From the NCBI RefSeq assembly GCF_009914755.1, contig NC_060934.1: a DNA stretch of 64,000 nucleotides. The stretch is one strand, 5' to 3'. Position 1 is the first letter of the stretch, and every line of letters starts with the position of its first letter. The notes under the pieces were generated by a model that ran no database searches, had not been told where the DNA came from, and worked only from the letters and a program-made list of their open reading frames with translations. Below, in pieces: positions 54,722-64,000 of this stretch. The stretch comes from the human T2T-CHM13v2.0 reference genome, Homo sapiens. Position numbers and translations under genes: made by a program.

Positions 54722-55435
54722 TAATCATATATTTTTAAAACTGGAAGTGGTCTATGAGATTCTAATCCAAATCCCTTTATTCCCAATTAGGAAATCTAGA
54801 GAAGTGATATGACTTGACTTAAGGTTTCACAGAATACCTCAAATGCCACTTCCCAGCTACAGGCCGTATGTCCTCACCACTAGACCCATTTTCATTTCAT
54901 TGTTCCCACCATAGCTCTAAGGCAGATCACCTGTGTGATCTTTAAGAAACTACTCGTCTAGAATCCAGTGAAAAGCACAAAAGGGGTCAATTCCGGAGTT
55001 AGCTTTTTAGTACTTTTGAACTTAAAAAAAAAAAAAAGAAGCTACTCATCTAAAGATAGAGCTAGATAGTCTCTGGAACCTTTCATAACTCTCTTATCTG
55101 TGTGATATTTGCCATCATTCTATAAATCTGGATTTGCAAATCTTACATTTCAGCCTTTTGTTTTTCAAGTTTAATGCCTGTTTGGGATAATTTGTCTACA
55201 GGTAAATGTCTAGCCCTGTGGTTTTCAAAGTGTGGTTCCCAAACCATTAGTATCATGTTAGAAGTGACAGGTCTCAGACCACACATCAGACCTGCTAACT
55301 CAGAAACTTTGGGATTGGAGATCACTTCGTTTAGCAAGCTCTCTAGGTGATGCTAATATATGCTAACATTTGGGAACCACTGGTCAACTCTGGTCTGTAA
55401 TTCTGAGTAAGCCTTGTTCTGGTTAGATCTATATC

Positions 55436-55645
55436 AGTGCCTCTCAACCAGGAGTGATTTTGCCCCCGGGATACATTTAGCAATATCTGGAGACATTTTT
55501 GGTTGTCAGATCTGGGTGGGTGCTCCTGGCATCTAGTAGGCAGGGGACAGGGATGCTACTAAGCATCCTACAATGCACAGGATAGGCCCCACACAGCAAA
55601 ATTTATCCAGCCTCAAATGTCAGTAGTACTGCAGTAAGGAAACTG
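55436..55645 (+). mobile_element. MER20 DNA transposon
   Basis: cagtgcctctcaacc..gtgattttgccccc..tctggagacatttttggttgtca..ctggcatctagt..gggatgctactaagcatcctacaatgcacagga. Confidence 0.9.
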
Positions 55646-57306
55646 AATAAAGCAAACATTTTCTCTCAAGTAATTCTTTTCTTAATTTTAAAATAAAAAA
55701 CTGTTAATATCCAGTTGTAATGAAAGATTATTACCAACTGTTAAAATCTATAATAACTTATTTTTATTAAAATAAAAAACTGTTAATAAAAACAGACAGT
55801 TAATAATTATTACCCTCTCTGTTCTTAAAGGGCCACATCATAAGGCAATTTATCTTAATCTTTTGATTCTGACCATTAGATACCTGAAGGAATCCAGTCA
55901 CTGTTTAATCAAACCCGCTCCCTTGGCTAAAGTATAACATCATATATTTTTTAACTTTTTATTTGGAAATAACTTCAAACTTAGAATCCCCCAAATAAAA
56001 GTAGTACAAGAGCCACTTGCATTCTGTTCACCCAGATTAGCTTCTTAGTAACGTTTTATCTCGTTTGCTTTATCATGTGCATATGTGTATTGGATGCTTT
56101 ATTTTTTTCTGAACTATTTGAGGGTAAGTTACATGTGTCATGGCCCCTTACTCTTAAATGCTTTAGTGTATATTTCCTAAGAATAAGGATATTATATTAC
56201 ATAACCACAGTATGATTGCATTGGTATAATACTTTAACCTAACTTCCATATTCCAGTTTTCTTAATTTAATGATGTCCTTTATAGAGATCTTTTCCTCCT
56301 AAAATTCCACCGAAATTACCACAAAGGAATTTTTTTAAAGACATAAACTCAGAGATAATAAAAACAAGATATCCTGTATCTTTGACAGCTGGGATAGCTC
56401 CTCATGATAGGTTCTCAGTAAACACTTTTTAAAGGATAAGAAGAAATGGTAGCAGAAGAGATGTCAGCAGAAACTGAAAGCTAGAAAGCAAACTGGTGAT
56501 GGTGATAGTTGAGCGGACCTCAGAGGCCTGAGTATACCAGGAGACTAAGGAGGTTGTGGGGAGGGGAAGATCTTTACCAAAGTTTCCTACAGCAGGCTTC
56601 TTTTTAGCCAAAACTAGGTCACATGACAGCCACTAGGTAAAGGGATGTGGTGGGTTTTGAAATGCTTTAACAAATCATGAATTATCCCTGAAGGTGGCCA
56701 CATTGCAGCCAGAACATAATTGGATTTTGTTAGCCAGAAATAAGGGGAATTTAGGCTCCTTCATTAGAAGCCTAAATTGCCTGTGACACATGTAGCAAAA
56801 AATTTACCTTCTATGTACTTTTTCTCAGTAAGCTATTGGGAGATGTGCTGGAGCATAAACCAAGAAAGAATAAATGACTCTAGCATAGCAGAGAGGTGAA
56901 GGGATATGACAGTTGTGCAGCAGGCCTGGGGAACAAGCAGTCTGTATTTGTACTCTCCAGTATGGTAGCAATTAGCCACATGTGGCTCTTAAGCACTTTG
57001 GATGTTGCTAGTGCAACTGAGGAATGGGATTTCTAATTTAATTTCAATTAAAACCTGAAGCAGTGTAAATATTTTTCCACTAAATATAACTTTATTGTTC
57101 AATAAATAAAAATTACTAAATGTATTATTAAAGATATTTTAATATATAGCAAAACATTAAAGTTAGTTTTATATAAAAAGTATAAAGTACTGGTGTTAAT
57201 GTTCCTACTAAAAATTTAAAATTACATATTTGACTCACATTATATTTCTATTGGTCATCACTTATATAGACAATAGAAGGAAGATGGAGAGCTCCATGAG
57301 GGGAAT

Positions 57307-59460
57307 CATTCATTCAGCAAATATTTACTGGATGCCTGCTGTGTCTGGGCACTATTCTAGGTGCTTGAGGTCCATTCGCAGACAAAATAAAGATCTTTGC
57401 CCTTGTAGATTTAATATTTTTGTAGTGAGAGACAGTCAATAAACCATATAATAAGTAATTTATATGGTATGTTAGAAAGTGAAAATTGCAAAGGCAAGAA
57501 AGAGGAAAGTGTTGTGAGGTGAGGAGGTCAAGAGTGTGAAGTGGGGGCAGATTGCAATTTTAAATAAGATGGTGATGATAGGCTTCTGTGGGAAAGTGAG
57601 ACTTAAGCGAAGACTTGGAGACTGTGAGAGGTTAACCATGGATAGGTCTAGGAAAGCATGCCTATTCCAGGTAAAGGGAGCAGCCAGTGCAGAGTGCCTA
57701 AGTCAGGAGTGTATCTACGCCTTGTTGGACGACCAGCAAGGAGACCTGGGCGGCTGGGGAACAGTGAGTGAGGGACAGAATACTGGGCAACAAGAGCAGA
57801 GAGATCATGAGATTCCAGATTATGAAGGGCCATGTAGGCCACTGTAAACATTTTATCTTTTACTCTGAATGAAATGGGGAGCCTCTGCAGGATTTTGGTT
57901 GGAGGATTGATCCGATATGAACATGTTGATGACTGTGTTGAGAACACCGCGCGTATAACAAGGCAAGGGTAGAAGCAGGGAGAACAGTTAGAAAGTAATT
58001 GCAATGACCCTGGTGAGCGGTGGTAGCAGTAGAGGGGACAAGAAATGCTCATATTCTGAATATATTTCGAAAGTAGATCCAGCAAGGTTTGCTGGTGGAT
58101 TGGATATAGGATATGGGATAAAGAAAAGAGTTGAACATGACTTTAAGATTTCTGACCTGAGCAACTGGAAGAATGGAGTTGCCATTAACTGAGTTGGGAA
58201 GATTAATAATAGAGCAAGGAAGGGGTAGATCAGGACTTCAATTGTGGACATGCTGAGTTATTCATTTCAGAGAAGAGAGGAAGGTAAGTGGATATATGTG
58301 TCTAGAACTCAAAGGGAGAGGTCTGGGCTGGAGAAAAACATTTGGTAGTCTTCAACATATAGAAGGTCTTTCAAACTGTAAGCAGGATGAGATCACTTCA
58401 GGGAGTGAGTACAGAGAGGCACGAGTAAAGGACCAAGGATTGAGCCCTGGAGAACTCCAGCATTAAGTGTTCAGAGAGAAGAGGAGGAGCCAGCACAGGA
58501 AACTGAGAAGGCACAACCAGTGAGGTAGAGGAAAATCCAGGAGTGTGTGGTGCTCTAGAAGTCAAGTGAAGATAGTATGTATATCAAAGGAGACGGAGTG
58601 ATCCACCTGTGTCATTTGTTGTTCATGGGTACAAGTAAGGTGAAAACTGAGAATTCATGGTTGGATTTAGCAACATGGAGTTCATCAACTTTGAAAAGAG
58701 CACTTTCTTTAGAGCTGTGAGGCCAAAAACCTAACTGGGTTGTTTTAAGAGAGGAAAGGAGGGAGAGGAATTAGCAACAGTGAGTATAGTATTGACAACT
58801 CTTTCAAGGAGTTTTGCTACAAATGGGAGCAAAGAAATGGGGTGGGGGGGTGCTGTCAAGTGCAGCCAAGAAGGTTCTTTATTTTGTTTTGATATAGGAG
58901 AAATAATGGCGTATTTGAAGGGAATGATCCAGTAGAAAGCAGAAAGTTAATCATGTGGGAGAGTAGGGAATGCAATCTCACAGCCTAAGAGGAGACACTG
59001 GTTTTCAGTGGGAGCATTGACAAAAAAAATTGTAGCAACAGGCAGGCAGACAGCGAGTACATGGTGCAGATGCTATAGGTAGGTATGGTGGCCGGGGCCT
59101 GTGGAAGTTTGTTTTTCATTGCTTTGACATTTTTCATTGAGAAGAAAGTGTTTGTCAGTCAAAATTAAGGATAGAGGAAAGGGATTTGGAGAGTTAGGGC
59201 GAGAAAAAAGCGTGTTGTCCAGGGGAGTGAGAGGATCAGTGCACTTGTGAGTGTAGTATGATTCCTGGCAAACTTAAAGGCATGTTTGTGTTGTAGTTAG
59301 GAATTTGAAGGAGTATGGTTGTGTTTTTATCCAGCCATGGGTGCCAGTGCAGAGTTGATGGAAAGTTGGATTTAACCTGAGTTGTACTAAATAATTTTGA
59401 GCAAGTAAGAGAGAGACAAATCAAGGGTACATGTAAGGAAGTGATTTAATGACTGACCAT
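57307..59460 (-). mobile_element. Long L2 LINE fragment, antisense
   Basis: Begins with L2 3' terminus antisense cattcattcagcaaatatttactggatgcctgctgtgtctgggcact and continues with ~2 kb of L2-like purine-rich sequence. Confidence 0.8.
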
Positions 59461-60299
59461 AGAACAGATTAGTCCTAAATTGGGCTGGAAGGACAGAAAG
59501 GGCATCAAAGTAGTAAGTAATGTTTCAGAGGAAACAGAAATGAAACTAAGTTGGTTCCTGATCTGTTTGTATGTAGTGAGAAGTGCTGTTTTTTATTCAC
59601 TCCTACTATTAAATAGTCTGGGAAAACTTTACGAATGACCTTGTCTTGAAGAATAAGGTAGCATTGGTTTGGTCGGAGAGTACAGAGAGTATTTGAGCCA
59701 GGATGTAAAACATGAGGGAGAAAAATGAATTGGAAAAGACAAGGAATTCTTGGGATAATTGAATAAGCCAGTTGGCTAGAGAAGGGAGACAGTGAGCAAA
59801 TAGTACCAGTTATGGTTTGTAGGTTGGACTCAAGTTATATAAACACATGAAGTCAGGTAGTAGAGAGAAATTAGTCCTTGAGCAGGGAACTAACACAATC
59901 AGATTAGCACTTTAGGAAGATTGATTATGAACATGTCTCTGCTCTGCTCAAAGCAGAATGGTAATTAATTGAAGGAATGGAAGAATTGTTGGGAGAATAG
60001 GTGGGACAGATATTGAGAGGGAGCTCTGAATGTGGCTTGGTGAGTAAATGTGTAAATGAAGGGAAAGAGAGAAGTTAAGATCATTCTCATATTTTGAGCT
60101 GATTTGGAAAAATTATGGTATCACTTAAAAATTTAGTTTAAAAAAAGCGAGACAATGACTGGGCTACTTAGTATTTTATTGGAGGAGGATAGATGAGACA
60201 ATCTTGACATAGATTAATAAAAGGAGGTACTTGAAATGTTTAGCATCTGTTGGAAATATGGAACTTGAAATCAGCAGAGATGTGATATATAGTCAGGCA

Positions 60300-60319
60300 G
60301 ATAGATAGATGGATAGATG

Positions 60320-60363
<44 letters not shown>
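60300..60363. repeat. Tetranucleotide STR [GATA]2 GATG GATA GATG [GATA]11
   Basis: Counted directly. Confidence 0.95.
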
Positions 60364-60365
<2 letters not shown>

Positions 60366-61157
60366 CTGCCTATATGTTAGTTTTGAAGCCACAAAAGCAG
60401 ATGAAATCCACAAGGAAGACAGAAAAGGTCAAAGAGTTCAGAGTACAAAGCAAGGGAGAATATCAGATTTAAAAGTAGCTGGGAAAAAGAAAAATGCTTA
60501 GTAATAAAGAAAGAACAGACTTGAACATTAAAAAAAACAAAGGAAATTTTCAGGGAGGCAGGCAGTGTTAGACAACACTGTCAAACTGCTGCAGAGCAAT
60601 ATAGAAGAAATATAAACTTAAAAAATAATTTTTAAGTTTAAATTTTAATTCTAAAAATTTTAAACCTATTCAATATGGAAGTTATAGATGATTTTGAGAA
60701 TTCAGTAGAGTAAAAGAAGCAAAACAGAGTATGTGACAGAAATAATGTAGGTTTTATTTTCACATTTTTTTCCAGTTAGAAGGAAAGATTGAGAAACAGA
60801 ATAATAGTTTGAAAAGAGTTAATGAGTTGAGAAAGGTTTTGGGGTTTTTTTTAAGATGTGAGAAACCTCTATGTGTTTGTAGTCTTGTAGAAGAGTAATG
60901 TTGTTGAGCAGGATGAAGGAGATGAGGCAGGAAGGGGGTGTTGTGGGGGCAAGAGAATGGGATTGAAGACAAAAGGCCATGAAAAAGATGAGTTATATGG
61001 CAGGAAAGAAAATGAGAAAAATGTCAAGATAAACATTTAAAGTTTTCATTTCAGAAGGTAGAACAATAAAGTGGTCTAAATTTCTCAGAAGAGAGGAATG
61101 GAGATTATTTCCTTTAGAGGAAAGAGCCAGAGCTGTGGTAGAGATTTTGAGAATGGG

Positions 61158-61675
61158 CATATCAGCTGTTGCTGCATAACAGACAACCCCTAAATTGATG
61201 CTTGAAAAAGCAAGCATTTATTATTCCTCCTGGTTCCCTGAGTTAGCTGGGTGGTTCATCTGGTCTTGGCTGGGCTCACTCATGCAACTGCAGTTAGCTG
61301 TGCATTGGGTAATCTGCTGTGCTGATCTTGGGGGATGGGCTGTCTGTGGACTAGTCTAAAATGGCCTTAGCAGGGCAGCTTGGCTCTCTTCTACGTGGTC
61401 TCTCATCCTCCAGCCTTGTTCTCATGGTAGCAGGATTCTGAGAGAGAGAAATAGAGACAAAAGCATTTGATGCCTCTTAAGGCTTAGGCTTAGAACCAAG
61501 CAGTCACTTGTGCCACATTCTGCTGGCCTCAACAAGTTTTAAAGCCAGACCGTATTTCCAAGGCAGGGGAATAAACTCCATCCTTAGTCAAGGGAGGAGT
61601 TTCAAAGTCATGCTCAAGAGTCTGGATATAGAGAGAGCTGGGGACTGGGACCATTTTTGTTATCAGTCTACTACT
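61158..61675 (-). mobile_element. Old MLT1-type MaLR LTR
   Basis: ttgctgcataacagacaaccctaaa..aagcatttatta..gctgggctcactcatg..ggtctctcatcctccag..gccacattctgctggcc. Confidence 0.65.
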
Positions 61676-61846
61676 GGGGAAGGCTGTAAATAAGTGTGTT
61701 CCATGGACAGAAGAGTATGGTATAGTAGATGTGCTAAAATTGTGTATGTATTTTGTAACATGTATAAGATTATACATCTCAGACTATTTACATGTCAGAT
61801 CTTGGTGTCTTCATTGTTAGTATTTTCTTTCTCCCCCCTTTCGAAG

Positions 61847-61902
61847 GTTGGACAATACATTAGAGGAAATTATATTTAAGCTGGTCCCTGGACTACGAGA
61901 AC
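61847..61902 (+). CDS. PCGF5: PCGF5 coding exon 3 (aa 70-89)
   Basis: Pyrimidine tract + GAAG| acceptor. Encodes (R)LDNTLEEIIFKLVPGLRE(Q), the conserved post-RING PCGF motif. Donor AAC|GTAAGT. 56 nt. Confidence 0.96.
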
Positions 61903-61963
61903 GTAAGTGGCTCTTTAGGTTCTTGCAGACTTTTGTGTTTTATGAAATCAACACTTCTATTAA

Positions 61964-62122
<159 letters not shown>

Positions 62123-62710
62123 TAGTTTAGGTGAACTAATATGTCTCTTCAGGCTCACATTTTTCCTGCACAAAATTCATGCACCCTTTTATTTACATTA
62201 CGAACCTTTTTCTCTATATGAGATTTTATATAAATGAGTGTAAATCTGAAGTCACTTTAGTGAGGGTAATTGGAAATAGAGGAAATTGGACTTTGGGAAG
62301 AGAAAAGGGAGATAAAAGAGAAGATTGGCTAGGTGTTTATAGTGGTAATTTCTAGGGAGCTAAAGGAAGCTGAAGTAAGAAATAGCCACAGCTTGCAACT
62401 AAACAGTGAAGAGTTTTTTGTTTTATTTTGTATGTTTGCCTCTAAAGGAGAGGGAGCTGAGATGTGGCTGAGAGCCAGATCAGGAGATTTTACTATGCTC
62501 TGATATTCTGGAATGAAGTTTTTATAAGTAGAGCTCAGGTGATACAAACTTATACATCATGGAAATTTAGAAAGTATTTCTGGGTGCTTATGGGAATTTT
62601 CTCCATCACCCAGATTTCTCCTCTGGGTCCCAAAAGACTCAGCAATTAGTAATTTTTAATAATAATTTCAGCAAAGGGGCAAACATTACTGAGCAGATAA
62701 AAGGCTTTTA

Positions 62711-62713
<3 letters not shown>

Positions 62714-62748
<35 letters not shown>
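62714..62748. repeat. (TA)n microsatellite
   Basis: About 15 consecutive TA units. Confidence 0.93.
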
Positions 62749-64000
62749 AAAATCTACACAAAGGGATATTAAAATTATAAGAAACTAGTATCGCTCCCAT
62801 TTTTTTAAATATGAGATTTAATTTAGGATGTCCTAAATATCATTTAAAGTTATTCAAGAATGTGTGTGTGTTCTTATAGGGTCACTTGTAAGTTCAGCCT
62901 CCCAATCTTGGTTTTCCCATAAGATCATAGGATTGTCAATTATACATGATTAAGGTGGATGAGATCTCCCTTTTTTAATCTGTAAAATGGAGATTATCAT
63001 TTTATTCGTTCAACTTAACTGTGCAAGGCTGTTAGAGCAGGGGAAGTTTGAGAATAGTTTTGATGCTAGAATAAGGTAACAAGAGACTATTTTTTATCTG
63101 TAACAACAACAACAAAAAAATGGCAAAGAAGCTAAGCCTGGCCAAAAAAATAACTAGGGCTTGTTTTACCCACGTGTACACTGCAATTAAACAATAACAA
63201 CCAATTATAGTAGTAGTGCTCTAGTAAAAATACAGATAAGATAAGGCTAATTAAATATTCCAGTTTTTGACTGCCTATTCAAGAGGACAGGAGCCTGAGG
63301 GATTGTCATCAGAAGTTACGTGGTAGGTTTACTCTATGGTTCTACGTATCACAGTTTAACTTGTGAAGGGCTGTAGCCTACTTTGTGAATTTTATCTCCC
63401 TTTTCCTATTGTTTCTCCCATTTTAAAGTATTTCTGGTATTTGGTCTTTAGCTTGGGTGGAGAATTCAGATTTTTTGTTGGAGCTAGGAGTTTGGTTCAT
63501 AGAAGGCAACTCCTATCTATGTATATTCTCTATAAATAAGGAGAAGAAAACATGTAGAAAAAAGAGAACCCACCTCCCCGCTCTATGGTATACCTGTAGT
63601 GCTTTTACTACAGTCATCAAAAAGGATCTGGCCAGTCACTTTGCAGGGAAGCTTTTCTACAAGTAATGTTTAGCTGGCTGATTTTTTCAAGTGTTAGCTT
63701 AGAGGTATCTCATCTGGAAATCGTCCCTGCTTCACTCCCAAAGTTTGGGTTTATTGTCTCTTTTATATGTGCATGCATAGTCCATTTTACCTCTCACATC
63801 CTGTATTTGTCTGGTTTTTTCTTTTTTTTTTTTTTTTAGCTTGCCTTTATTTGATTCCATACCCTGACCACTGTGAGAGAGAGGATGATAGCTCTAGTTT
63901 CAGTATTGTTCCCTCAGGCCTTGTATGATGTGTATCCAACATATAGTTAGAACTACTCAACAGATGAATGATAAATATAGCTGCATTATTTATAGGCTAC

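Noticed and set aside
57536-58251. 103-145 aa ORFs
   Set aside because: They lie within a degenerate L2 copy with no intact RT/endonuclease motifs.

Overview
Human (primate) genomic DNA at the 5' half of PCGF5 (Polycomb group RING finger 5, non-canonical PRC1.5 subunit), + strand. A CpG-island promoter (~33.8-34.6 kb) carries a non-coding first exon (donor at 34190/34191). Four coding exons follow (36226-36337, 53838-53934, 61847-61902, 62007-62066). They splice in frame to give residues 1-108, including the complete C3HC4 RING finger, and the gene continues beyond the window. The rest is intronic/upstream sequence dense in Alu, L1, L2, MIR, MaLR/ERVL LTRs, DNA-transposon relics and microsatellites. 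Of the ORF track, only the start of ORF 36226 is real coding sequence. I see no evidence for a new multi-gene system. The most unusual features are: (1) a ~390-bp TSD-flanked L1 insertion made of only the L1 3' tip fused to an inverted 5'UTR; (2) a microhomology-bounded templated insertion copied from 1.5 kb away; (3) a 58-bp-arm hairpin in intron 2 that I cannot assign to a repeat; (4) a triple-GAAA ISRE at the first exon; (5) a cluster of five uATGs with a TGATG stop/start overlap; (6) a sense THE1 solo LTR nested in an Alu in intron 2; and (7) a NAGNAG acceptor plus an open-frame 104-nt intron. Repeat subfamily names are recognised by eye from memory of consensus sequences, and repeat boundaries without TSDs are approximate.
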